NCBI RefSeq assembly: GCF_963853765.1
Contig: NC_088855.1
Span: forward strand, 15,500,001-15,564,000
DNA from: Magallana gigas
Taxonomy: Eukaryota
Direction of reading: 5' to 3'
DNA: 64,000 nucleotides
The notes beneath the pieces were generated by a model. It had not been told where the DNA came from, did no database searches, and saw only the letters and a program-made list of their open reading frames with translations. The translations under genes were made by a program, and so were the position numbers. Positions 1-13,297 of this stretch are shown here, piece by piece. Numbering within the stretch: the first letter of the stretch is position 1; the number at the start of each line of letters is the position of its first letter.

Positions 1-235
1 AGTAATATTTTGGCTAATTCTTTGAATAAATAATTTTTTGATTTAAATATAAGTACCAAATTAATTTAATTAATCAATTCAATACTTATGTACATATATG
101 TTTCTAATATCAGTATATCTATTATTTCGTGTTTTCTTAAAATTAATTCTTACTAACAGAGTCAGGGTAAAAATCCGAGAGGACCCGAATCGATCAGGAT
201 AAAAGCGTGTCCAAAGCGTGTGAAAAGCGAGCAAA

Positions 236-410
236 TCGTTTCGTGCGAGAATCGTTTCGTGTAAACCGTTCAGCGTTTCGTGTAAATCGTTTAGCGTTTC
301 GGGTAAAGCGTGCAGCGTTTCGTGTAAACCGTTCAGCGTTTCGTGTGAAACGTTTAGCGAGCGTGTAGCGAGCGTGCAGCGAGCGTGCAGCGAGCGTGCA
401 GCGAGCGTGT
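236..410. repeat. Compound minisatellite: ~21-bp unit grading into an 11-bp unit
   Basis: About 5-6 degenerate copies of aaaccgttcagcgtttcgtgt followed by about 5 copies of agcgagcgtgc, read directly. Confidence 0.85.
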
Positions 411-1460
411 GGTGTAGTAGTACGTTTCAGGGTATTTATGTAGAAGAGATGTATTGGAAAATCCGCCATATGATACGATGTGACAATCCTCGTATAATTT
501 TCTGAAGATATTAACCAATGGTAGGGCGTTTAAACCTATATTATACTGGTAGATACCTCGCAATGTTAGAGATATCACTTAAACATACATGAAGTATAAT
601 ATCTATTTAACAAAGAAAGAGACATCCATCCGAAATCAAAAGATATCCCCCTGAATTAGTAAAAGAGATTTTGATTTTGGTTTATGGAGTGTTCTTTGTG
701 AAATAGACAAACGGTGCATATTTGAATTATGAAGAATAAGGTATCTTGAAATTTGAAAGACGTCACAGGAAATTGAAAGGTTTTTCTCCTTTGTACTATA
801 GTTACAACAGAGCTTGTCTTATTTCCTCTTTTACGAGCCAATGACCACCAAAAAGTACTTGAGATTGTGTTTCATACAAAATTACTAACCACATCCGGGA
901 ACTTTGAGTGACTAACCCTTAAAACATGTTGTTAGTCATAATATGAATAAGTATCCGTTGCAATTCATTTACATTGTCCGTTAACATAAATTGCACCAGT
1001 TTATACCTGCTTGGTCTACTGCGCTTCTATGATTCCACTTGTATAAACCAATGGCTTGTTCGATAATTTGCCATGTCATGATAAGTATACGTCGGAGTTT
1101 GGGATTTTTTGGGGATTTCTGAAGATGCTAAACCAATGGAGTTTAACGTTGATTGTTATGTACATCATGTTTTACTTATCAATTAATACGGTAAATGAAC
1201 TCGATCTGTGGAATGCCGTACAATTATTTTTATACTCACTTGATTGCGTATATTCTATTTTCTTCACTGGCCCGTCGATTGGTGTTGCAGTTTTCAATCA
1301 GGTATCCATATTTACACAAATAAGTCTAAAAATTGCAATTTTACACATTATATTAAAATACAATTCATACTTTCATAAAATAAACTCGACCCAAGGTTAA
1401 TCCGTTATTACTTTAGACTCTCTCCTTAACTAATACCATTCTTAGAGTGGGTGTTAAGGT

Positions 1461-1768
1461 ATTAACTATATCGAACACGCCCGAGAATATTAACTATATC
1501 GAATACGCCCGAGAATATTAACTATATCGAATACGCCCGAGAATATTAACTATATCGAATACGCCCGAGAATATTAACTATATCGAACACGCCCGAGAAT
1601 ATTAATTATATCGAACACGCCGGAGAATATTAACTATATCGAATACGCCGGAGAATATTAACTATATCGAACACGCCCGAGAATATTAATTATATCGAAC
1701 ACGCCCGTGAATATTAACTATATCGAATACGCCGGAGAATATGAACTATATCGAACACGCCCGAGAAT
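1461..1768. repeat. 28-bp tandem repeat, 11 copies
   Basis: Unit attaactatatcgaa(c/t)acgcc(c/g)gagaat repeated head to tail at a 28-nt period with no spacers. Confidence 0.95.
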
Positions 1769-3257
1769 AAGAATTGTGAGGGTTTATTGCAAAAATGTAC
1801 GTAAAATAAAAAAAAACCATCCTATTTAGAGGGTTAGAAGATAGCCATTTCAGCTATATTGGTCCTCTTTTAAAAGAAGATCTCTGTATAAAGATATAGA
1901 ATACTTAAACAAATAAGTTATTTTAAATAAAATATTTAAATTTTTTCTTCAAGAACTATATATGATATTAGTCAAATTTGGCCTTCATAATTCGCTATTT
2001 TTAAAATGATTCAGGTACATTAATTTGATGTGTTAATTTATAAAAGAATTGACATGAAATATGTTTTTCACCTATTTATTTGATTTATATGCACTCACTG
2101 GCAGTATATGACGTCAGAAGTGACGCTATTTTTATAATTCAATCAAAATCAGTCAAAAATTGACATTTTTCTTATCTTTTTTCGTATGGGAAATATAGAG
2201 CGACTCTTTGAACATGAACGAACTTTTTGTCACTTATAAGTATTGGAGAGATACATCTTTGGTGAAAATATTTTTTTTGTTCAAGCAGTCGCTCAATGTT
2301 TCCTTAAAGAAAAACTGCTTCAAAACAAGTCGTTTTATGCTAGAAATGAGAATATGTCGGGAAAAGGTAAACTTTATGATGTCATATTTTTAAATTGAGG
2401 GCACTAAAATCAAAATGAAAATTATGAAAAAACTTCAAATGTATATTTGTACAAATAAAACAAAGAATTACAGTAAAATGACAATGTTCATTTAAGGGGG
2501 CCATTTTAGGCTCAAACTATATATAGTCCTTTATGATAGTTTATGGCTAAAAATATCATATTTATAATTTAAAAGTAGATCCGACGGGTAATTTGTAGAC
2601 TATCCAGCCTCCTTAATTGAATATCATGAAAGTACATGATGACAAATTCACTTATATTAAGTAAGCGTATATTTTAAGAGCATAATTTTTGGATCAAAAG
2701 TATGTATAAGATACAGTATTATGTAAGATTGCTCTTGATTTGACATCACATCAAAAAATATAAATAGATCTAAAATGATCTCTACTTTTTGTGCTCAAAT
2801 AAACGGAAACAGACACCGTTATATAACATGTCAAAGGAAACATTTTTGACTTATTTTTTTTTAGACGAACTATCTGTCATATGTCTCACCTCTATCTCCT
2901 CCGTTGTCTTTTCTCCAGACACAGAATACAGTACCACCAGTGTAAGTAACCCAAAGATCATCGCCGAATTCATTGTTTTAAACCGGAATGTCTGGACGCC
3001 CTGTTTATATACACAACATAGCACTCAAAGATCAAGGGGGCACTTCATTTTGTAAAGTTAGAGTCCTGTCATCTTCCGAATCTCATCTACAGATCATCAC
3101 TAGAGATCTGACGTCATCTTTTACCGCATGTTGTGGAGTGTATATAAAAGTAAAATCAATCCCACGTTCTCTTTATTCAGTCCCCCCCCCCCCCTGTTGC
3201 TACGTGCCTGCCATATGCGGATATAAATTTTTTTATTAAAACTAGCAAGATCATTTG

Positions 3258-3867
3258 TAAAAATTAAACGGGGTCATGTGACCCAGACGTTTAATTTACT
3301 ATCAGCCGGAGCCTCAAGCCGGAAGCCGTCCACAAATAGTTTTATTAAATTAAATATTCTTAATTTGGTCAATAGTTGCGCTTGGAGTTACATAACTGAA
3401 TGCACACAGCCACTGACCGGTTTGTTCCCGTTTTGCACACATCTAAATATCTAGTATAGTAGAAAAAATGTGTGCAAAACGGGAATTTGTCCAGGTGAGA
3501 TTATAACTTATTAAATTGCTATCGTTTGCTTCATAATTAATGCTGAGATTTTATTTCAATATCTTGCTCCACTGCTACAAACGCAAGAAAAAATTGATTT
3601 GCCAATTTTATTTTATATCAGGTATAATATGAATCTGAATTTGTAACCATTTTGTGTCAATAAGTATATATGATGTGTAACGAATTTTGAATGGTCATTT
3701 TTTTTCTATATACTTTATGCAATTTTCAAACCCCTGTCATATTCATGTACATTGTATTGTGAATAAAATTCCTACTCAAAATGTTTTGAAGCATATTCGA
3801 AGAAAATGTGGACGATTACTTATTTATATAATTCAAACTTTCAAAACCCTGTCTTTCAGTACTGTGA
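3258..3867. mobile_element. Non-autonomous element, shorter relative of the 6086-7950 insertion (possibly Helentron-like)
   Basis: 5' end aaacggggtcatgtgacc resembles agacagggtcacgtgacc at 6084; 3' end gaagcatattcga...caaactttcaaaaccctgtctttcagtact resembles 7875-7945. Family assignment is inference. Confidence 0.55.
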
Positions 3868-4590
3868 TTTTAAGCTCACCTGAGCTGAAAGCTCAAATCT
3901 TCTCCGAAACTAATCAGCCAGGAAAGCTGAAACTTGCGTCAAAGCACCATCTGGTAGTGTAGATTCAAAGTTGTGAAAATCGTGATACGCAGGGGCAGGG
4001 TGTGGCCACAATGGGGGCCAAATTTTTACATAGGAATATATAGAGTAAATCTTCTTGTAAACTAATCAAACAGGAAAGCTGAAACTTGTGTGGAAGCATC
4101 CTCAGGTAATGTAGATTCAAAGTTGTGAAAATCATGACCCCTGGGGGTAGGTTGAGGCCATAATTGGGAGGCGAATTTTTACATAGGAATATATAGAGTA
4201 AATCTTTTAAAATCTTCTTCTCCGAAACTGATGAGCCAGGTTATTCTTTAAATTTGTTTAGACTTTGGCCCCTTGACGATTATTGGGCCTCACAAAGGGT
4301 TCAGAGTTTGATGTAGGTTTATATCACATATATAAACAATTGTTTAGGATCTTTTTGATAATTGCAATGCTCAACATGTGTTATGACTATAATTCATCCT
4401 GTTAGAAAGGGGCTAATGACAATAAAAATAAGAATATCCAAGGGGAAAATTGATTTTCATTTTTACAAGATCTACATGTATTATACTACATTGTCCAGAT
4501 AGTTTGTATTATGACTCCATAAAGCTATTTTTAATAGTTATTATACCTATTGTTCCTCTGACTATAATCTAAATGAAATTTTAACAAACA
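3868..4590 (+). mobile_element. Helentron-associated non-autonomous element (HINE) with about 2 Cg170-like satellite monomers
   Basis: Starts tttaagctcacctgagctgaaagctcaa; two ~166-bp units (gaaagctgaaactt...gtagattcaaagttgtgaaaatc...ttttacataggaatatatagagtaaatctt). Similarity to the oyster Cg170 satellite is from memory. Confidence 0.75.
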
Positions 4591-6085
4591 TTGAAATAAA
4601 AACACTTAATGATAAACAAAGAGACTCCTTAGAAGGTGAAACTGAAGATGATACTGAATATCTGATATCTCAATATGCTGATGACACTGTACTAATTTAG
4701 GTGGCTCAGAAAAATCCCTCAGAACAACTATTGGTGAATTGAATAATTTTAATACAATCTCTGGACTCAAGATTAATTTATCAAAAACACAATTAGTCTG
4801 GATAGGCAGCAAAAAATATTCTACTGAAAAATTATGTCATGAAATGAATTTTCATTGGACAACACAATTTAAATTACTAGGCATCCAATTTGACGTAGAT
4901 CTAGCAGATATTCCAAAACTCAATTACGATAAAAAGAAATTTTCAATCAGTGGAACAAAAGACATACAACTCCTATTGGTAGGATTACTTTGATCAAATC
5001 TCTTATCATATCACAAATGAATCATTTGTTTATTTCACTTCCAACACCATCAAGTAAATTTATTAAAGACTTAAATGAAATATAATTGTTTAATTTTCTT
5101 TGGAAATCTAAGGTGGACAAAATAAAAAGAAAACAAATTACACAAGAATATTCAAATGGTGGTCTCAAAATGATTGAAATAAATAATTGCATCCAAAGTC
5201 TAAAGTCATCCTGGATCAGAAGATTGATAAATAGCCCAAATTCAAAATGGAATATATTATTAAATAAATCAATTAATACGGACATAGTACTGAAGACTGG
5301 GTCAGACTTCATATCCTGTATATTAACTAATTCAGTTAGAAACTCCTTTTGGAAGGATACATTTATTGCTTTTAAAAATATACAAGATAGAATGAAATTA
5401 CTTACATGGCAAGAATTTATTACACAACCCATATGGTACAATAAGAACATTACAATGGGGGGAAAATCAATTTTCTTTATTGATTGGTTTAATAAGAATA
5501 TTGTTTACATCAATGATTTGCTGGATGAAAATGGGTCCTTTTTAAGTTTACATGACCTTCAAAGTAAGTTTGATGTCAAGTCAAACTTCATTACTTTTCT
5601 TGGTTTACAGAAATATATTTTAACTAGTTTACATTATCATGGAATCTCAAAAGAAGATAATAACCCAAGGCCTTTTATACCTTTCCACATTTAATTATTT
5701 CGCTCACCTCGAAAAGGATCTAAGATCATGTATAATATTCTAAACATGAAAAATGTTACATCTTTCAATAAATCAAAATGGGGATTATTTTTTATGTTGT
5801 CAGATTTACAGTGGAAACCATATACCAGTTACCTTTTGTCAACGCTAAAAGTACCAAATTACAATGGCCGCATTTTAGAATTAATCACCACATTCTAACA
5901 ACTAATAAATATCTATTTAAAATAGGAAAGGAATGTAGTAAGTTATGTAACTTTTTTAAACAACATGATGAGACAATTTTTCATGTACTATGGGAGTGTC
6001 CTAATGTTCAAGAACTCTTTCAGCAATTTTTTGAATTCTATCAATCAAAGAGAATTACAATCCAAAGAGATCCTTTAATTTTTAG
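4590..6085 (+). mobile_element. Decayed non-LTR retrotransposon ORF2 (RT C-terminal half plus zinc finger), L1/Tx1-like
   Basis: ISQYADDT RT motif (~4665-4690), SGLKINLSKT, FLWKSKVDKIKR...GGLKM, C-x2-(C/F)...ETIFHVLWECP; several frameshifts and stops; 5' truncated. Confidence 0.9.
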
Positions 6086-7950
6086 ACAGGGTCACGTGAC
6101 CCCGTCTATTGGTTTACTGTCAGGCGAAGTCTCAAACCGGATGGCACGCGTAGAACACATGAATTGAGTCTACGCGTAAGAAAATAGTGCAGAGAGTTTT
6201 CATGCATTTCAGTAAATATGTATCATTAAAACACGCATTAAATCTTTTAAAGTCCTCTGTGTATAAACAACATTCTATTTAGAAAATAAACAAATAGTTT
6301 TATTGATCAAAATATTCTTGCTCGGGTTCAAATGTGGAATGAGTTACGTAACTGAATGCACAGCGCCGTTGACGATTCAGATGGTGTACGAGCTCATTAA
6401 TCAATAGAAGAGGTTGATGGTGGAATCGAAATCAAAGTTCCCAAACGCAATGTGCCATTTTTGAAAAGTTGTGAATTTTATTTTTACAATCTTTCACCTG
6501 AATACGACCAAACTTCATACGCAAGCCGAAGTTAAAATCGGGACGGATTATACACAGATGTTTACAAATTAAATAGGTGTTTCCAGTCTACTTGCAGTAT
6601 GACTGATGTTCGTCTCTAAAGGAATTTCGTACAAAGAAAATAAAAACAAGTCTGAATTTGCGCATGCCTTTTCGTTCGTTGGCTCTTTAGTTGATTAAAC
6701 TGAATCTAAATTTTAAACAATGCATTATAAGCAAAATCTATAATAGATTATACATTTTGGAAGACTTATACATCATATAATATATACAATCTTATCGATT
6801 GAAGAACCAAGTTAAAAGTTAATGTTCATGTTTTCCGGCTTCGTTGGAATCAGGCTTGGGGTGAATTACATTGTAATTAATGCATTACATTACCATTACT
6901 TCATGAATTATAGCATTAAATTACCATTACCATTACTTAATTTTCTTGAAGTAATGCATTACATTACCATTACATGAGTAAAGTAATGCATTACCATTTA
7001 TTTACTTTGTGAAAAGTCAATAAGTTTTAAAAAAGTAATTTAAAAACTAAATAAAGAGTTTTTGTAAATATTTCATAAATAAAACATGCTTAAAATATTT
7101 ACAGGTTCATGTTCATGTTCACTATCAGGTTCAAATTTAATGACTTATACAAGATTGCTGTTGCACTTGTAGTTCTCAAAGTATGGTTGGTCCCGTAATA
7201 TTTACACGCTAATGGCGGAGTTGACAATCTCTGTTATTTATGTCTCTGATTTTCGGAGTATGATTTTTAATGAAAGGAACGGTTGTATCGTAATTCGTGT
7301 AGGTGATGCACTAGTTTACACAAAAAGTAGTAACTGGCGAACGGATTTATTTTTACCTATTAATTTTGCATAAGTCGCAAATGAAGAAAATCGTGTCAAA
7401 TAAGTCGGTCTTTTAAAAAATCAAAATGGCGACCGTGACAAATCTTTTTATTGTCAAAGTTCTTGGAATCTTATTGTAAAAAAATATTTCTAACGTCAGC
7501 TGCCTGTGCTTGTTATCGGTATACAAATGTTCACTTTGTTTGTTAATTTAGCAGTTTTAGAGTTTTCGGGGTTTTCATGAAACTTTTATTACGGATACCG
7601 TCCGACTTGTGGATTTTCCCTTGGATCACAAAATTGAATAAATCTAATGATAAAATAATTATCTACTTTGATATTGTTGTCTGATTTTCCCGGTTAGTAG
7701 TAATTTTTAAAAAAATTTCCTTGGGGTCTTATTTTACATAATATACCGTTGTGTCAATTTTCTACAATTATGAAGGCCGGGATTGGGTAAAATTTAGACA
7801 AAGTATTAGACAATTGCAAAAAAGCCGAATTAACATAGATTGTAACAACTAATTCAAACTCATAAATTTTGGAAGCATATTCGATGAAATCCAGGACAAT
7901 TACACATTCAAACTTTCAAGACCCCGTCTTTCAGTACTCTCAGTACTTTG
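6086..7950. mobile_element. ~1.9-kb non-coding insertion splitting the LINE, itself containing other repeat fragments
   Basis: LINE frame breaks at ...DPLIF and resumes IIFG... at ~7948; short inverted termini agacagggtc / gaccccgtct; attacc-rich segment at 6860-7000. Confidence 0.65.
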
Positions 7951-8190
7951 ATTATATTTGGGCTACACCCTGACCCTATTTCTACAGACATTTATACTAT
8001 CTTCTTGGTTATGAAATCCTATATCTATAGGAAAAGATGTCTTAATGAAGCACTAACAATTCATGAATTACTTATAGATATTAAAACACATATATCAACT
8101 CTAAGATATATAGCTACCCGAAATTGCAGATTAGATGATTTCTATAAGAGATGGGAAACTTGGCTTTTTCTTCTTAATAGACTTGACTGA
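7948..8190 (+). mobile_element. 3' terminus of the same LINE ORF2
   Basis: IIFG...FLVMKSYIYRKRC...DDFYKRWETW* is typical of L1/Tx1 ORF2 C-termini and continues the fragment ending at 6085. Confidence 0.8.
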
Positions 8191-8266
8191 ACAATTATAG
8201 CAGACTCTGACTGCATAGAGATGATATAAAACTATAAATCAATTTCTAACTCATGTTCAACAACCA

Positions 8267-8268
<2 letters not shown>

Positions 8269-8317
<49 letters not shown>
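8269..8317. repeat. (CT)n microsatellite
   Basis: Direct reading. Confidence 0.95.
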
Positions 8318-8321
<4 letters not shown>

Positions 8322-8782
8322 AGGAAAAATTTTGTTTTGAAGTAAATTTTCTCAAAGCTGTTATAATCACTTTATTGTATACAAATGTATTTGATTGTTC
8401 AACTTCAAATAAAAAAAACCCCAAAAAACAAAACAAAAAAAGCCCTATTGTTCCTCATGTGAGCGTTGTGGCCCATGGCCCTCTTGTTTATCTTGTTACA
8501 AAAGCTTTACATTCTAAAATTACGTCTTTCAATTGGATAATAACAAGAGTAGCAATACAGGAAGTTTTGATTTAACTGCAACCATGCATTCGCTGTATGT
8601 ATCTTTCCCTCCAAATGACGACTTGAGTTAGCCTAGCTTGACAGCATGAGGAAATCATTTTTAAAAAAATACTTTCCTTCGGAAAACATGAAATCCACAT
8701 CTTGGGATGAAATACCGTATAAATATATGTTGTAGCACTGCGCTTGTGATGTTGATGGTACATGCTTTTGCGACTCCTATCA

Positions 8783-9577
8783 CACCCCTGCAAATGTGTT
8801 CGGAATGTTTCTTTATCGTTGCTAATTATATAATAAATCCAGAGGTGCTCGAATGAAAGTTAACGAGCCTTGTTCAGCTCCTGTGAAATTTCGGAAGTAT
8901 ATGTGTTCGGATAAGATTCTCAAAATACGTAAGTACTGGTCGTTTTTCAAATCATATCCTACTTTGATTTATGTTAAAACATGAACATTTTTTAAGATGT
9001 ATGTTTTTATTTCACCATCTATCGGTTATTTGAATTAAACGATGATATTCAGAACAGAGTTGTCGTTCGTGTTCAACCACGTGTAGAGTAGTTGAAAATA
9101 TAAACATTCGGTTGCTTAATAAAAACCATAGCCATGTTTGATGCTTGTTGTGTGCAATACCATGTTTTAAAAAAAATAATGGTTGTCTGTTTTGCATAAA
9201 ATCTTAGTATATCGAGCCATTTTAAAAGAACAGTCTGCATAACATAATATAGTCTGTTTCACTATTGATGCTATTACTAGGTCAGGGGCGGATCGAAAAT
9301 AAACGCTAAGGGGGATCTCTACTAAGTATGTTAATTGTTGCAACTGCAGAAAAAACCCTATTTTTTGTATTGTCACATTTCTAGAACACATTTTACCCAC
9401 CAATTAATGAAGATAACGTTTAAAATCAATGAACATCTAGATTATATTTTTGACTACAAGTACTTTGATTCTATGAAATATACTATAAACACGAGGCACG
9501 ATTTTTACTGCAAAACGGAAAAGGTAAAATAAAACACGTGGTCCAAAATTTAAATGACAATAACATTCGCAGGGATG
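8783..9577. mobile_element. ~795-bp non-autonomous DNA transposon with CAC/CAT termini and 5-bp TSD (copy 1)
   Basis: Ends cacccctgcaaatgt / acattcgcagggatg; TSD tatca at 8778-8782 and 9578-9582; inverted near-copy of 13298-14106. Confidence 0.9.
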
Positions 9578-11597
9578 TATCAGATGTGAGATATAGAGTC
9601 GTGTGAAGTTTTTTAAAGCATGCCATTTTGTATCATTTTATGTGATCTGATTTGCACACAAGAATACAGTATACATGTTTCTTTATTTACGAATCAAGAG
9701 CCCTCGGGAGGGAGATATACATTTAAATAATAAATAACACAAGACGTTCAATCTTGCCGAGCGGATTATATAAGAAAGTTATTTTTCCAAGATACCAAAA
9801 ACTGGATTCCGAGGGACAATTTTGTGGGGTAAGGGGGTCTGAGTCATATTCACGGTGACTTTTACTATGTGAATTACTTTACTATGTTTGAAATACTCCG
9901 TTATTGCTGTTTAAAAGCAGGGGATTCTTATGTCACTTCTCTCATAGTTTAATAATAAATCGACACATGTAAAGAGGTGGAAAATTCAAGTTGTGATGTT
10001 GACATATATTGAAAACTGTGCACTAGAAAATTTTACATCTTCATTCGATATGTTCAGCTAAAAATGTTAATAGATTATGGTTTGTAAATGATTTAGGTCA
10101 AAATAATGTTAAATCAACCTCTATGATCCACACATGCACCATTATGGAAAAGCCTGTAGCGTTTTAATTTTTAAGCCGGTTTTTCGAAAGAAAATTGGAT
10201 AAAACTCGGTAACTTGGAGAAATATATAGAGAAATATATATGAAGTATAAAATACAAAATGTTCGGTTAAAAAAACATGAATATTATCCAGTTAAAATAT
10301 CACAAAGTGTTCAGATGTTCATATTTACGTAATGAATGTTTTGGTTAATATATAACTGCTATTAAATATAGATATTTGCTCTGTTAAAATATCAATCACT
10401 ACTAAATTAATATAATTGAAATTTTGTAACTTGATTGCCAACAATAAAGGTCTGGCTCTCAGTACTTTCAGTACTTTGATACATAGAAGAAACCAAATGC
10501 CGATCTAACAAGACAAGTAGTGTAGAAGTAATCCATAACCTTCCTAGCAAAGTGTTTCTGGTCACATAAACCTGAAGTATCTACAACAACGGCTTCCTTT
10601 TTCTGATTTTTTTTTGGGGGGGGGGGGGGGGGGGGCAGAGAAAATGTTTGAATTCTATTTTACCCGCAGATATAGAAGGCAAATCTCTAAAACGTGACCA
10701 AAGTGCTAAACTAATGGTTAAACCAATCAAAATAAGTATGTAATAGACATGGAACACATTTCTAAGAAATTTTCCAAGCGAAAAAATAAAATCAGAAAAA
10801 AGGTGTAGTAGTATCTATAATTCAGGTGTCTTTGTTTTGGATTCTCTACATAGATCAGTCTCCGCACCCTTACCTTTTTCTGTAAGGTGTTGCATTGTCT
10901 GCACACACAATTTCATTCAAAATTCTCGTTCGATTTTTTTTTTCGCTTCTTGGAAAGGCCCGAGAAGTTGCAATTGAAAGCATTACTAGTATCTGACTAA
11001 ATGACATTTTACACACACAAAAAAAACCAAAAAACCCAAAAACCCAAAAAAACAAACCAAAAAAAAAAACTACGTCACGTGGATAAGTGAATGATGATTT
11101 CTTATTGATTTGAATTAAAAATTTTGAATTTGAATACAATGATAATGAAAAATCCATGAAAAATCCAACAAGAGATCTTCCATTACACTCACTTATTCAA
11201 CCCTCCGATTAAACGGAACTATGAAATTTCTATCAAGTATGTTTTGACGTACGAACCCAACCCTAATGCATTTTCTAGTAATGAATGTTGGTTTCATCCA
11301 CATGAGAAATAGAATTTACTTTTTCGTCACAAAAATACATCCGTAAATATTTAAAAGTTTTCATCCAAACGTCGATTCTTGGAAAGAGGCTAGGCTACAA
11401 GATAAACAAAAATAGAAAAATTAAATACAACCGAATTCTATTGCATTGCAATGAGTTTTTCTTTTAGTAAATTTATTCATTGGATTACAAGCTCATGATT
11501 AAATAATTTTTAATCGTCCTTCATGCAGTTCAGTATTATTAATATCAATATTCATTTATCCACAGATCTATAAAAACCAGCTATTTCCTCTTTCTAC

Positions 11598-12866
11598 TCA
11601 CTGGATTTCGCAGATGAATTTGGCGCTTTTCTCACAGTCGTCTGCTACCCAAAAATTCTGATTCAGGGGGTCGATGGCCAGGCAGTGATGTGTCACGGGT
11701 TGTCCCCCAGCCCAGTTACTGAACCCCAGGGTACCGTCCTTACCCCAGAGCCACGTCCCGGGGGTCTGGAAGTCTGTCCCTGATGTCCAGTATTTCAAGT
11801 GTGAATCTTTGTCAGATCCGGAATCTGGAAAAAAGGAAGACATTGAACCAGCATTTTTTCTCTCCCATTCGGGCAGCACGCGGTTAGTTTTCCTACTTTC
11901 TAGTAGGCAACTCTTCCTAGTTTATTTTTTTTTCTCTCTATTACATAATTTATTTAAAAAATATATATATATTCTAATTCTGGTTTGTCAAAACTCACGA
12001 CATGAAAACCAATTCATTTTTAGAGAGACGAGGTCGGAATCACATCATCGGATCGAGACACTGGCGATCAGATCTTGAAAACTTCCTACATAGACTAATG
12101 ATTAAACTTACGGTTGGCGCCAAGAGTTGAAAGTTCGTTTTTGATAAATTCATTTTCTTTTGAAGTTTCAATCGCCAAAAGCTTTGCGCCCAAGAAATCA
12201 CAAACCACCTGAAATTAAAATTACTGAATCGGACAATTTTCACGATGCATGGTAACTGAGATCATCTGAAAATGAGGTTCGACAAAACGTACAATGCTTT
12301 ATGAACGAAATTACCATAGTACCTTTACCAAAAATCAACAATTAAACCCATGCATTTATCCTCTCCTCGCTATTTGAGAGATATTCTATAAAGTTAGACA
12401 CGTCTTGGCTGTATTATATATATAGTGTTATAGTTTAGTGGTTAAATAAATAATCTCATAACTTAGTATGGTAATGAAATTTAATATTGTTCAAATTGAC
12501 AATATATGAAACGGATTACGTATATACACATTTAGCCTTCTGCGCTCTATGTATATACTAAATATACCAGTTTACATATGTATTTTTAAAAAAAAGATAA
12601 ATTGGACCCCCTTTAGTTACTTTGGCGCCTGCCCAGTTCTGTGTCATAGATCTTATCAGGTAACAGGAGTCGCCCCCGTGGATCCACCCATTTCTGCACG
12701 AGGTTGGTCTCTCCGCATCTACGATCAACCGAAGTGAAAAAACAATACAGACTTTGACAAAGAAAGCTTTAAATGAAACTATTCTTATCTAGTGATATAA
12801 ATATTGCAAGAGTCACATACTTGAATACACAGAGAATATAACACAAAGACACAGTACAATCAACAT
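11598..12866 (-). CDS. Secreted single-domain C-type lectin (perlucin-like), 155 aa
   Basis: Exons 12866-12821, 12718-12621, 12208-12112, 11824-11598; all GT-AG and phase-consistent (468 nt). Signal-like MLIVLCLCVIFSVYS, then SCRNGWIHGGDSCY...NWAGAKVVCDFLGAKLLAIETSKENEFI...YWTSG...WLW...FSNWAGGQP...C...W..DDC...FICE. Confidence 0.9.
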
Positions 12867-13097
12867 GGCGGGCGGTTAACGATAAGTGTGAGAAACGTTA
12901 GACTATATGATAAGAAGAGGGTTTTCTTGTTATATAATTAAACAAGAATAGATAAGGGTTATCCCATATCCAAGATTTTCGACTTTTAAATTAAATGAAT
13001 TTTCACTGTTCTCAGTGGATCTTAAGTTAAAATCATTAAACTTGTTAAGAAATTTGTGTATATATAGTTCTTCGTGTCCGTAGCAAGTACACTACCA

Positions 13098-13220
13098 CCA
13101 ATCTTGCGTTGATAACTACACGCCTTGAAATCCATTGTCAACCTCCGCTTAGCGTCGGTTGCCAATGCTTTTCTACGGGGGTGTTGCCCTCCCAAACAGG
13201 CAGTACTGTGATTTATATAC
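13098..13220. repeat. Degenerate copy of the foldback end seen at 32268-32410
   Basis: Shares ccattgtcaacctccgctt.gcgtcggttg.caatg and ccctcccaaacaggca. Confidence 0.7.
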
Positions 13221-13297
13221 TGCCACAGTCTATCTAAAGTTTTCCCAGAATGCTCGACCGTGAAGTCGAGCATGCGTTTTCCAAAAATAGACTAACG

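Noticed and set aside
194-578. ORFs with RNAERFT / HARCTLAA repeats as repeat proteins
   Set aside because: They are simply translations of the 21- and 11-bp minisatellites, with no splice or homology support.
440-860. Decayed coding sequence on the minus strand
   Set aside because: Looks vaguely protein-like but has stops every 10-20 codons and no motif I can name.
1461-1768. CRISPR array
   Set aside because: The 28-bp repeats are contiguous with no unique spacers, there are no cas genes, and the context is eukaryotic.
8783-8797. TIR as a bona fide RAG recombination signal sequence
   Set aside because: Only the first three bases (CAC) match the heptamer, and no nonamer lies at 12/23 spacing.
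8572-9640. Exon (MACFKKLHTT...YT|gtattt) interrupted by the 5-bp-TSD element
   Set aside because: Removing the element gives a short open frame with a donor, but there is no recognisable homology or downstream exon.
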